A DNA stretch of 64,000 bases from Chloroflexota bacterium (GTDB lineage Bacteria; Chloroflexota; Dehalococcoidia; UBA2979): NCBI GenBank assembly GCA_027592645.1, contig JAQCKI010000001.1:38312-102311 (forward strand), written 5' to 3'. The notes beneath the pieces are model-generated. The model saw nothing but the letters and a program-made list of their open reading frames with translations, ran no database searches and had not been told where the DNA came from. Shown here piece by piece: positions 48,335-57,129 of this stretch. Position 1 is the stretch's first letter. Every line of letters starts with the position of its first letter. The position numbers and the translations under genes were made by a program.

Positions 48335-48994
48335 ATGGCCCTGCCTTACCCCGGCAATCTCCCACGAAACGTAAACCACGACGCGAAATACTCAGTCGTG
48401 CACGACAGTGATGGCGACATGCGGGTGCGACTCCTCTACACGCTCTCGGAAGGTGAGCGAGCGCTCCTTTCGACGGACAAGCATCCCAAGCTCGTGGCCA
48501 TGGTGAACGAGGTGAAGGACGAGATCCACGGGGCGCCCGGTGGAGCGTTCTACATCAACGAGTATCGACAAGTCATCGTCCCCACGAACACAGCCTATTT
48601 CTTCGCCGGTACCTACGAAACCTTGTTGGAGTTCGAGTTCGAGGGCAAGGTTATTGGGCCCAAAGCGAGCAGCACCGTGACGCCTGGGGACACGTGGATC
48701 GGACCCCATGTTGGAATTCCCTACACGCTTGCGGCGGGCGGCCGTGATTTCTACTACGAAGTAGAGACTCGCCCGTCGGTAACGAAGCGTGTGACCCTCT
48801 CCGCAGCAGTCGGTGCGCCCGCCGCGGCCGCTTTGGCAAGGCGACTTGCCGAAGTCAAGGGCAGCCAGGGCGGGCGCGTCTACATCAACGAGGCACGTGA
48901 ATTTTTCGCCCCGATCGAAGTGGGAGGGGCGTGGCAGCAACGGTATCTCGGCCCTCTCGGTAAGGACGCTTGGTTCCCGCAGCCGAGCGTCTAG
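48335..48994 (+). CDS. Hypothetical protein with an internal duplication related to the helicase C-terminal domain.
   Basis: 219 aa with repeats GGAFYINEYRQVIVP... and GGRVYINEAREFFAPIEVGG. It lies 10 nt after the helicase stop and has the same atypical composition. Confidence 0.5.
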   Translation: MALPYPGNLPRNVNHDAKYSVVHDSDGDMRVRLLYTLSEGERALLSTDKHPKLVAMVNEVKDEIHGAPGGAFYINEYRQVIVPTNTAYFFAGTYETLLEFEFEGKVIGPKASSTVTPGDTWIGPHVGIPYTLAAGGRDFYYEVETRPSVTKRVTLSAAVGAPAAAALARRLAEVKGSQGGRVYINEAREFFAPIEVGGAWQQRYLGPLGKDAWFPQPSV

Positions 48995-49005
48995 TGGCGT
49001 AGCCG

Positions 49006-49344
49006 TCACCCCAGCGGCACGAACGCGCAGACGCCCTCCTGGAGAATCGTCGAGGTGTGGCCGCGGCCGGTGGCGTCTTCGGCCTGGAGCACGTCGCCGG
49101 GCTCCATGATCACCTTCGAGCCGTCCCAGCAGCCGATCTGGACGCGGGCGGTGAGGTAGACGACGTACTGGCGGCGCGGGGCCGGGTGGTAGTCGAGCGC
49201 GGTGCCGCCCTTGCGGATGCGGAACTGGATCGACTCCGCAGCCTCCACCTCCGCCGCGGGGCGGTCGCCATCGCCGAAGGCGATCGGGTGCTCCTCGAAG
49301 TGTGACTCGCCGTCGTCGCCGGTGTAGATGCGGATGCGCTTCAT
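49006..49344 (-). CDS. Cupin-domain protein.
   Basis: Small beta-barrel (about 112 aa) ...GTALDYHPAPRRQYVVYLTARVQIGCWDGSKVIMEPGDVL... Confidence 0.6.
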   Translation of the reverse strand: MKRIRIYTGDDGESHFEEHPIAFGDGDRPAAEVEAAESIQFRIRKGGTALDYHPAPRRQYVVYLTARVQIGCWDGSKVIMEPGDVLQAEDATGRGHTSTILQEGVCAFVPLG

Positions 49345-49420
49345 CGCGTGGCCTCCCTCTCCCGGCCCGCACTCGTGGCGGGCCGCCCGAGGCGCATCCT
49401 ACGCGGGCGGGGAAGGCCTC

Positions 49421-49445
49421 GGGCGGTCCGAGGGCGGTCCGAGTG
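49421..49445. repeat. Tandem 11-bp direct repeat GGGCGGTCCGA x2 (plus a partial third copy) in the 247-nt argS upstream region.
   Basis: Seen directly and cross-checked against the ORF-track translation of the overlapping spurious ORF. Confidence 0.5.
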
Positions 49446-49591
49446 CGCTCGGGCGGCGCCCCGCGTCGCCTCGGGGGAGGGGGCGCGATACACTGAGGCC
49501 TCGCACGCCCCGAGTAGCGGTGCGAGACGGGTGGCCCGCGGAAGCGGGCCGCATGCGTCCGCCGCACACACACGGAGAGAGGCCCGGGCCG

Positions 49592-51256
49592 GTGATTCGA
49601 GACGAGATCGTCGCGCTGGTGGAAGGTGCCCTGGCGGCCGCCCAGGCGGCTGGCGACCTGCCGCAGTTCGCCGCCCCGCCCGTGACGACCGAGCATCCCG
49701 CCCGCCCCGAGCACGGCGACTTCTCCGCGAACCTGCCGCTGCGCATCCAGGGCCTGGCGCGGATGAAGGCGATCGAGGTCGCCGAGGCGCTCCGCCGCCA
49801 CGTCCCACCGCATCCGGCCGTGGAGCGCGTCACCGTGGCGCCGCCCGGCTTCCTGAACCTGTACCTAGCCCCCGGCTGGGTCGCTGCCCAGACCACCGCG
49901 ATCCTCGACGCCGGCGAGGCGTACGGGTCGCTCTCGATGGGCGCGGGCCGCTCCGTGCAGATCGAGTACGTCAGCGCGAACCCGACCGGCCCGATCCACG
50001 TGGGCAACGGCCGAGGCGCGGCGATCGGCTCCACGCTGGCGGCGGTGATGCGCGCCGCCGGGTACGACGTCCAGCAGGAGTACTACATCAACGACGCCGG
50101 GACGCAGGTCGCGATCTTCGGGCGCACGCTCTACTCGCGGTACCAGCAGCTGTTCGGCCGCGAGGTGGAGATCCCGGAGAACGGCTACCCCGGCGACTAC
50201 GTCATCGGCATCGCGGAGGCGCTGAAGGCGGCGCACGGCGACCGCTTCCTGCGCCCCGAGGGCGAAGAGGGCGACCCCGAACTTGGCCACCTCGGCCTGC
50301 AGCGGATGGTCGACTCGATTCGCGACGATCTCGGCGGCATCGGCGTCGAGTACGACCGCTGGTTCTCCGAGCGCTCGCTGATGGACGAGGGTGGCCCGTA
50401 CGGCACCGTGATGGGGCTGCTGAAGCAGCAGAACTACATCGCGGAGCGTGACGGGGCGACGTGGTTCACCTCCAGCGACCTCGGTGAGTCCAAGGACAAC
50501 GTGCTGATCCGCACGGACGGCCAGCCGACGTACTACGCGACGGACATCGCCTACCACTACGACAAGTTCATCACGCGCGGCTTCGACCGCGTGATCGACA
50601 TCTGGGGCGCGGACCACCAGGGTCACGTCTCCCGCGTGAAGGCGGCCGTGGCGGCCATCGGCGGGAACCCGGACGCGCTCGACGTGCTGTTGTTCCAGCT
50701 GGTGACGTTGAGGCGGGGCGCCCAGGTGGTGCCGCTCTCCAAGCGCGCCGGCGAGATCGTCACACTGCGGGACGTGGTGGAGGAGGTGGGCGCGGACGCG
50801 ACCCGCTTCTTCTTCCTCGCGATCGGTGCGAACCAGACGATGGACTTCGACCTCGACCTCGCGAAGAAGCAGTCGGACGAGAACCCCGTCTACTACGTCC
50901 AATACGGTCACGCCCGCATCTCCAGCATCCTGGCAAAGGCGGTCGAGGAAGGCCTGTCCTCGGCCGGCGCGGACACGGCGCTGCTCGTCCACCCGGCGGA
51001 GCAGGCGCTGCTGCGCGAACTGCTGCTGCTGCCCGAAGTGATCGAGAAGGTCGTGAACGAACTCGCGCCGCACCACCTGCCGCACTACGCGCAGTCGCTG
51101 GCGAGCGCGTTCCACGGCTTCTACACGCAGTGCCGCGTGATCCAGGCGGACGAGCCGGACCTGACCAAGGCGCGGCTTCTGCTGCTGGAAGCGACCCGCG
51201 TGGTGCTCGCACACACGCTCGGTCTGATGGGGATCAGCGCGCCCGTCTCGATGTAG
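49592..51256 (+). CDS. argS: Arginine--tRNA ligase.
   Basis: HIGH-class motif YVSANPTGPIHVGNGRGA, the KMSK-like region and the anticodon-binding C-terminus. GTG at 49592 is preceded by GGAGAGAGG; the ATG at 49553 is an alternative start. Confidence 0.9.
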   Translation: MIRDEIVALVEGALAAAQAAGDLPQFAAPPVTTEHPARPEHGDFSANLPLRIQGLARMKAIEVAEALRRHVPPHPAVERVTVAPPGFLNLYLAPGWVAAQTTAILDAGEAYGSLSMGAGRSVQIEYVSANPTGPIHVGNGRGAAIGSTLAAVMRAAGYDVQQEYYINDAGTQVAIFGRTLYSRYQQLFGREVEIPENGYPGDYVIGIAEALKAAHGDRFLRPEGEEGDPELGHLGLQRMVDSIRDDLGGIGVEYDRWFSERSLMDEGGPYGTVMGLLKQQNYIAERDGATWFTSSDLGESKDNVLIRTDGQPTYYATDIAYHYDKFITRGFDRVIDIWGADHQGHVSRVKAAVAAIGGNPDALDVLLFQLVTLRRGAQVVPLSKRAGEIVTLRDVVEEVGADATRFFFLAIGANQTMDFDLDLAKKQSDENPVYYVQYGHARISSILAKAVEEGLSSAGADTALLVHPAEQALLRELLLLPEVIEKVVNELAPHHLPHYAQSLASAFHGFYTQCRVIQADEPDLTKARLLLLEATRVVLAHTLGLMGISAPVSM

Positions 51257-51415
51257 CGCGGCACCGCCACGCGGCCGGCGGCGGCATGGCCCGCTGCGAG
51301 GGCCGCCGGGCCACGTGGCCCCCGACGAGGCGCACCAGTATCATCGGCGTTCGCAGCACGACAGCCAGCGACGACCCGGACGAGAACGACCGGTCGAGAC
51401 GGACGGAGGCGCCGC

Positions 51416-52441
51416 GTGACCTCGGACAGCACCGCCCGCCGCCGGATCCTCACGGGAGTGCGCCCCACCGGCGCGCTCCACCTGGGCCACTACGCTGGCG
51501 CGCTCGAGAACTGGCTGCGCCTGCAGCGTGAGTACGAGTGCTACTTCTTGATCGCTGACTACCAGGTCTCCGACTACGCCGATGACCTGGATCGCGTGCG
51601 CGAGTCCGTGATCGAGGTTGCGCTGGACTGGCTCGCGGTCGGCCTCGACCCGAACGACAGCCACTACACCATCGAGAGCATGGTGCCGGAACACGCGGAG
51701 CTGACCACGTGGCTGTCGTGGTGGGTGCCGCTGGGGATGCTCCAGCGCAACCCGACACTGAAGGCGGAGATGGCCGACCTGGAGGCGGGGAAGTCCGTCC
51801 CGGTGGCGTTCTTCAACTACCCGATGATGCAGGTCGCCAACATCCTGATGCCGAAGGCGCACCTGGTGCCGGTCGGCGACGATCAGTTGCCGCACATCGA
51901 ACTCACGCGCGAGGTCGCCCGCCGCTTCAACCGCATGTTCGAGCGCGATGTCTTCCCGGAGCCGGAAGCGCTGGTGGGCCGCGTCGCGCGACTCGTGGGC
52001 CTCGATGGCGACGCCAAGATGAGCAAGTCGCGCAACAACGCGATCTTCCTGAAGGACGACGAGGCCACGGTCACGCAGAAGGTGCGCGGGATGTTCACCG
52101 ACCCGACGCGCCTGCGCGCCACTGACCCCGGCCACGTGGAGGGCAACCCGGTCTTCATCTACCACGACGCGTTCAACCCGAACGTGGAAGAGGTGAACGA
52201 CCTCAAGGAGCGCTACCTCGTCGGCAAGGTCGGCGACGTGGAAGTGAAGACGAAACTCGCCGCCGCACTCAACACGTTCCTCGACCCGATTCGGGAGCGG
52301 CGCGCGTACTTCGAGGCCCACCCGAGCGAGGTTCGCGAGGCGCTCGAGAACGGCACCGCCCGCGCCCGCGCCACCGCGCAGGCGACCATGGCCGAGGTGC
52401 GCGACGCGATGCGCATCAACTACCTCGACCGCCTGCGCTGA
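51416..52441 (+). CDS. trpS: Tryptophan--tRNA ligase.
   Basis: ILTGVRPTGALHLGHYAGAL (HIGH), KMSKS (AKMSKSRNN). GTG start with a GGAGG RBS. Confidence 0.9.
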   Translation: MTSDSTARRRILTGVRPTGALHLGHYAGALENWLRLQREYECYFLIADYQVSDYADDLDRVRESVIEVALDWLAVGLDPNDSHYTIESMVPEHAELTTWLSWWVPLGMLQRNPTLKAEMADLEAGKSVPVAFFNYPMMQVANILMPKAHLVPVGDDQLPHIELTREVARRFNRMFERDVFPEPEALVGRVARLVGLDGDAKMSKSRNNAIFLKDDEATVTQKVRGMFTDPTRLRATDPGHVEGNPVFIYHDAFNPNVEEVNDLKERYLVGKVGDVEVKTKLAAALNTFLDPIRERRAYFEAHPSEVREALENGTARARATAQATMAEVRDAMRINYLDRLR

Positions 52442-52680
52442 TCCGCGCCATTCGTTCGCGCTGAGCCCGTCGAAGCGCCAGCGCCACCCGACCACGTCCC
52501 GATGAGCCTTCGATCGGCGCGCGAAGTCGAGCGAGGCCGTAGCGGGCGCTGCGCGCCCGACCCCTCTCCCCCTGCCCCCTCTCCCTTCGGGAGCGGATGA
52601 GTTGTGGTGGGGTTCCATCCGACCACGGTGGGGCCTCGGTCGCTGCGCGACGGGCCGGAGCGCACCCCGCCGCCGCGCTT

Positions 52681-52932
52681 CTATCCGTTCTCGTCCTCGC
52701 CCGCCAGCGCCACCAGCACCTCCGGCGAGCAGCCGAGCGCGCGCAGTTGCCGCGCGAACATCGCGCGTTGGCGTGCGGCGATGGCGATGTCGTCCGGGTG
52801 GAAGCGCCCCTCCGTATCGTCGGCGACGAGGTCGTAGCGTTGCCACTCGCGAAAGAGCGCGCGGCACTCATCATCGTGCGCGTGTGTGGCGTGCTCGGGC
52901 GTGCCGTCGGGCATCGTGCGCTCCTCCGGCAC
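52681..52932 (-). CDS. Small hypothetical protein.
   Basis: 83 aa, acidic, no recognised motif. Coding status is uncertain. Confidence 0.3.
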   Translation of the reverse strand: MPEERTMPDGTPEHATHAHDDECRALFREWQRYDLVADDTEGRFHPDDIAIAARQRAMFARQLRALGCSPEVLVALAGEDENG

Positions 52933-52990
52933 GATGCTACGGTGCGACCTCGATGCGGGCGACGTGGGAGCCGATGCAAGGGGGCGGGCG

Positions 52991-53254
52991 ATGGGCCACG
53001 AACTGGAGCGCGAGGAGCGCGAGCACGCGGTGGCCCGTCTCGCGTCGTACCTGCGCGCCGAGCGCGAGGAGCCATGGAACGACCTGGCGGTGCAGTTGCT
53101 GCTCGCGGAAATCGAGGAGCAGGTGGCGCCGCTCTACTACAACCGCGGCATCGCCGACGCGCAGCACGTCCTCGCCGACATCAACGAACGTATCGAGGTG
53201 AACCTGGACGCCCTCAAGCGCCTGCCCCCGGCGCGCCGGCCGGGGGAGCGGTAG
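52991..53254 (+). CDS. DUF2164 domain protein.
   Basis: LEREEREHAVARLASYLRAEREEPWNDLAVQLLLAEIEEQVAPLYYNRGIADA fits the DUF2164 pattern. Confidence 0.5.
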   Translation: MGHELEREEREHAVARLASYLRAEREEPWNDLAVQLLLAEIEEQVAPLYYNRGIADAQHVLADINERIEVNLDALKRLPPARRPGER

Positions 53255-53266
53255 GCGCGGTATCCC

Positions 53267-53842
53267 TCAGGCCTTGCCGGGCACGCGGATCTTCTCGCGC
53301 GCGGCGCGGATGGTGCCGGCGACGCGGGTGGTGCGAGTCTCGTCACGCTTCGCGCTCTTGATCCACCAGAGGAACTGACGGCGCACGGAGGGAGCGAACG
53401 CTTCCCAGTGGTCACGCGCGAGCGGATCGGCCTCGAGCGCAGCGGCGAGGTCGGGCGGCATCACGAGATTATCGATGTCGTCGAGGAGCGACCAGGAGCC
53501 GTCCGCCTTCGCACGGTCGATGACCACCCGGCCCGCCGGGGTCATGAGGCCGGCGGCCTCCAGGTGTTCGATGCGCTGCTTGTTCAGCGCCGACCAGATG
53601 CTCCCCGCCCGCCGAGGTGAGAGGTAGAGCCTTGACCGGTCGTCGTCGAACTCGCGCCGCGTACTGTCGATCCAGCCGAAGCACAGCGCTTCCTCCACGA
53701 TTTCCGCATAGGCGAGGTAGTGCGGGTGATGTTTGCGGTAGGTGACGAGCCAGATCGCCTGCGGGGACGCGTGGCTCGTCTCCAGCCACCAGCGCCAGTC
53801 GGCGCGGCTGTCCATGTGGACCTCGGGCTCCTCGTGACTCAA
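53267..53842 (-). CDS. YdeI/OmpD-associated family protein (DUF1801-like).
   Basis: ...WRWWLETSHASPQAIWLVTYRKHH...FGWIDS... a pattern typical of the YdeI family. Confidence 0.5.
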   Translation of the reverse strand: MSHEEPEVHMDSRADWRWWLETSHASPQAIWLVTYRKHHPHYLAYAEIVEEALCFGWIDSTRREFDDDRSRLYLSPRRAGSIWSALNKQRIEHLEAAGLMTPAGRVVIDRAKADGSWSLLDDIDNLVMPPDLAAALEADPLARDHWEAFAPSVRRQFLWWIKSAKRDETRTTRVAGTIRAAREKIRVPGKA

Positions 53843-53855
53843 GCCAGCGCCTCGA

Positions 53856-55505
53856 CTACGCCCCGGCGAGCAGCGCGCGCCCGATGACCTTGAGTTCCAG
53901 CGTGGGCTTCACGCCTTCGAAGATCGGCAGGACGAGCGCGTCCACGACGTAGCGCGAGATCGGATCCTCCTCCGAGTAGCCCCAGCCGCCGTGCAGCAAC
54001 TGGGCTTCACGGGAGACCTCGCCGGCTACGTCGCAGGCGAGCAGTTTCGCCATGCTCGGCTCCGGCGCACGGGTGTTGAACGCGCGCGCCGAGGCGTACG
54101 TGATCTGGCGCGCGGCGGCGATCAGCACCGCCATGCGGCCGATCTTGAACTGCGTGAGGTGGTACTCGGCGAGCGGCAGGCCGAACTGCTTACGCTGCAC
54201 CACGTACTGGCACGCCTTCTCCAGCGAGGCCTGTGCCAGGCCGGAGGCGCGGCCACCGGTCTGCAGGCGGCCCGCGGCGAAGCCACCCATCTGCAGGAAG
54301 AAGCCCTGGCCGACGCCCGCGTCGCCACCGACCAGGTGGGTGTGGGGCACCCAGATGTTGTCGATGGCGATGGTGAACGAGTGCATGCCGCGATAGCCCG
54401 GGGTGGGGTTCGCGGTGCCCTCCATCACGCCACCCTCGGCCTGTTCGAAGCGCCAGTGGTGTCCATCGAACGCGGGCTTCGGGATCATGAAGAGCGAGAG
54501 GCCACGGTTGCCGCTCTTCGGGTCCGGGTCGGTGCGGGCGAGCAGCGCGAGGACGGTGGCGCGGCCTGAGAACGTGCTCCACGCCTTCGCGCCGTTGATT
54601 CGCCAGCCCTTCTGCCCGTTGTGCTCCGCCGGCTCCGCCTTGGTCTGCAGCGAGGCGACGTCTGACCCGGTGTCTGGCTCCGTCACCGCGATCGCGACGA
54701 GTTCCTCGCCGGCCGCGATGCGCGGGAGCCACTGCTTCCGCTGCTCCTCGGTGCCACCGGCGAGGAGCGCCTTGGTCAGGATCTCCGGGCGCGTGGCGAG
54801 CGAGCCAGCCGCCGCCAGGGAGGCGGCGGAGAGCTCCTCGGTGATGATGATCATCGGCAGGTCGCCCATGCCGGTGCCGCCGTACTCGACGGGGATCGAG
54901 GAGCCGAAGAAGCCCTGCGCGGAGAACTTCTGGAGCAGGTCGTCCGGCACCAGCAAATCCTGGCGGTGGATCTCCTGGGCAATCGGCATGACCTCGGTCT
55001 TGGCGAAGTCGCGCGCCATGACGCGGGTCAGCGCGGCGACCTCGTCCTCAAGTTCGCAGTTGTTCTGGCCGCCGGTGGCGATCATCTCGCGGCCGATCGC
55101 GCGGATCGCGCCCTCGTCCAGGCCGGCGCGCACCAGTGTCCGCACGTCCGAGGTGTGCAGCGGGGCGATGTCCGCCTCGGACAGCCCGAAGTCGTCCCAG
55201 GCCGCCTCCACCTGCGAGCGGAGCGCGTGGGTGACCTCCGCCGCATACACGTGCGCCATGCGCTCCTGCAGCGCGTCCGGCGTGCCGGCGGCCTGCAGGC
55301 GCTCCACATACGCGGTCAGGTCTTGCGCCGCGCGCACCTGCGTGGCGAGGTAGGCGATCCGCTCCGTGTGAACCTGGTGGTCATCGATCTTCGCGCCGCG
55401 GTCGGTGACCGCGGAGGCGCGCTGCACAGCGGCGTCGACGACGCGCTGGGTGGCGTCGACGAGTGTGCGTGCGGCCGTCGCCGGAGAAACATCGGTCATG
55501 GTCAT
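53856..55505 (-). CDS. Acyl-CoA dehydrogenase with an about 170-aa N-terminal extension.
   Basis: ACAD N/M/C domains (...GGTGMGDLPMIIITEELS..., ...QMGGFAAGRLQTGGRASGLAQASLEKACQYVVQRKQFG...). About 550 aa from the ATG at 55505. Confidence 0.8.
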   Translation of the reverse strand: MTMTDVSPATAARTLVDATQRVVDAAVQRASAVTDRGAKIDDHQVHTERIAYLATQVRAAQDLTAYVERLQAAGTPDALQERMAHVYAAEVTHALRSQVEAAWDDFGLSEADIAPLHTSDVRTLVRAGLDEGAIRAIGREMIATGGQNNCELEDEVAALTRVMARDFAKTEVMPIAQEIHRQDLLVPDDLLQKFSAQGFFGSSIPVEYGGTGMGDLPMIIITEELSAASLAAAGSLATRPEILTKALLAGGTEEQRKQWLPRIAAGEELVAIAVTEPDTGSDVASLQTKAEPAEHNGQKGWRINGAKAWSTFSGRATVLALLARTDPDPKSGNRGLSLFMIPKPAFDGHHWRFEQAEGGVMEGTANPTPGYRGMHSFTIAIDNIWVPHTHLVGGDAGVGQGFFLQMGGFAAGRLQTGGRASGLAQASLEKACQYVVQRKQFGLPLAEYHLTQFKIGRMAVLIAAARQITYASARAFNTRAPEPSMAKLLACDVAGEVSREAQLLHGGWGYSEEDPISRYVVDALVLPIFEGVKPTLELKVIGRALLAGA

Positions 55506-55615
55506 CAGTCGGTCCTTCGCTCTTGCCGCGCGTCGGGACGGGCGTTGATCGAGGCGGCTACCACCGCGGGTCACTCATCAGTGCGGCTACCGCCGCGGGT
55601 CATCCATCGATGCGG

Positions 55616-56722
55616 CTAACGCCGCCGGGGCATCAAGACGGTGTAGTCCAGATCCAGCACCACGTTCGGGTGGTAGCGCTCGCGGCCGCTATCATCTGCG
55701 ACCTTGAACGGCTGTTCCTCCGTGAACGGGTCCGCGTTCTTCACCCCCACCAGTCGCAGCCGCAGTGCGCCCGCGTCTGCCCGGCCGAGATCGATCCGCT
55801 CGATGACATCGGTCCATGCGAACAGCGTATCGCCCGCGAAGGTGGGATTGCTGTGCGTGCCGCCGTTGAAGGCCAGGACGCGGACTGCGTTCTCCAGGCC
55901 GTTGAAGGAGAGCGCGTGGGCCATGGAGATGATGTGGCCGCCGTAGATCACGCGCTTGCCGAAGCGTGTCCCCTTCAGCGCGTGGGCGTTGAAGTGCGCC
56001 CGAGCGATGTTCTGGTAGAGGCGAGCCGCCATCTGCTGCTCCGCCTCTTCGATGGCGACACCCTCCACGTGGTGGATGCGCTCGCCGGGCTCGTAGTCCT
56101 CCCAGAACCACTGGCCCCCGGTGACCGAGGCGTCAAAGCGGCCCAGGTCCAACTCGGCGGGTACATGAAAGGCGGCCGGATCCACCTGTGGCGGGGTCTT
56201 CGGCGCCTCGTCGATGCCGGTGAAGGCGGAGGTGTCGCGTTTGTTCATCAGTACCCAGCGGATCAGCGAGAGCACCTCTTCGCCGCGCTGGTTGCGGCCC
56301 ACGGTGTGCACCCAGGTCACCCCCGTGTCGCCCGTGCTGGACTCGCGCCGGCCGATGACCCTGGTGGTGGACGTGATGGTGTCGCCGGGGTAGGCGGGGA
56401 CGCCGAAGCGGACATCGGCGTAGCCGAGGTTAGCGACGGCGTTCAGCGAGACGTCCGGCACGGACTTCCCGAAGACCATGTGGAACAGCAGCAGGTCGTG
56501 CACCACTTCGCGCTGGAAGCCCAACGAGCGGGCGAACTCGGCGTCGCAGGAGAGCGGCTGGCGTGCCGCCGTCAGCGCGATGTACATCGCCGCATCGCCC
56601 TCGGTGATAGTCCGGGGCACGGCGTGGACGATCTCGCGACCGGTGGTGAGGTCTTCGAAGTAATTGCCGGTGTTCGCCTTACCGGCGGCGTCCTGCAGAG
56701 CCAATGGCACCCCCTCGCGCAC
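55616..56722 (-). CDS. Double-hotdog MaoC-family (R)-specific enoyl-CoA hydratase/dehydratase.
   Basis: 368 aa with two MaoC-like hotdog halves (...GDTITSTTRVIG... and ...GGHIISMAHALSFNG...). Confidence 0.75.
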   Translation of the reverse strand: MREGVPLALQDAAGKANTGNYFEDLTTGREIVHAVPRTITEGDAAMYIALTAARQPLSCDAEFARSLGFQREVVHDLLLFHMVFGKSVPDVSLNAVANLGYADVRFGVPAYPGDTITSTTRVIGRRESSTGDTGVTWVHTVGRNQRGEEVLSLIRWVLMNKRDTSAFTGIDEAPKTPPQVDPAAFHVPAELDLGRFDASVTGGQWFWEDYEPGERIHHVEGVAIEEAEQQMAARLYQNIARAHFNAHALKGTRFGKRVIYGGHIISMAHALSFNGLENAVRVLAFNGGTHSNPTFAGDTLFAWTDVIERIDLGRADAGALRLRLVGVKNADPFTEEQPFKVADDSGRERYHPNVVLDLDYTVLMPRRR

Positions 56723-56809
56723 TCCTCATTCTATGGGGGTCACCGGCAAGGGCCAGCGCCCCCGGATACCTCCCCCCGGTACACTGAGGGGACAGGGAAG
56801 GCGGTAAGC

Positions 56810-57052
56810 ATGGGCATCAAGGAACTCGAGGCGCTGGTGGCGGCGTTGCAGGCGGAGATCGCCAAGGGGCGGCAGGACAACCTGGTGCTGGGCACCTGGC
56901 ACATCCACTTTGAGAAGCGGGACAACGCGCCGGTCTTCCAGTTCGTGAAGTGCGAGTCCGAGGTCTACTGCGAGGAGCGCCCGGTGGTCATCGCAGCGGA
57001 CGGCTCGGGCGCGGTGCTGGACAAGGGCGGGCCGCTGTTCGCGGAGGCGTAG
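56810..57052 (+). CDS. Small hypothetical protein (80 aa).
   Basis: GGAAGG RBS, two Cys (VKCESEVYCEERP). Uncertain. Confidence 0.35.
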   Translation: MGIKELEALVAALQAEIAKGRQDNLVLGTWHIHFEKRDNAPVFQFVKCESEVYCEERPVVIAADGSGAVLDKGGPLFAEA

Positions 57053-57129
57053 GCCCCCGACCTCCCCGCTCCCCTTCCCCGCTCTGCTAGTCTCCCCACG
57101 CCAACCCGAGGTGTGATGGGAGCCAGTCC

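Larger units (their letters stand above)
46237..48994 (+). other. Compositionally atypical (lower-GC) two-gene island between recG and argS; putative horizontally acquired module.
   Basis: Hand GC counts of 60-nt samples give 42-55 % here versus above 68 % in recG and argS. Codons such as AAT, ATA, TTA and CTT are rare elsewhere. No integrase, tRNA or direct repeats were seen. Confidence 0.55.

Noticed and set aside
46237-48994. Calling the helicase island a mobile element.
   Set aside because: No integrase, att repeats or tRNA boundary were found, so it is kept as a compositional island.
51257-51415. T-box leader upstream of trpS (and argS).
   Set aside because: No AGGGTGGNACCGCG T-box sequence or specifier-loop architecture was seen; the regions are short.
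55463-57052. 529-aa plus-strand ORF.
   Set aside because: Antisense to the MaoC hydratase. Only the last 80 codons (56810-57052), which have their own RBS, are plausibly coding.
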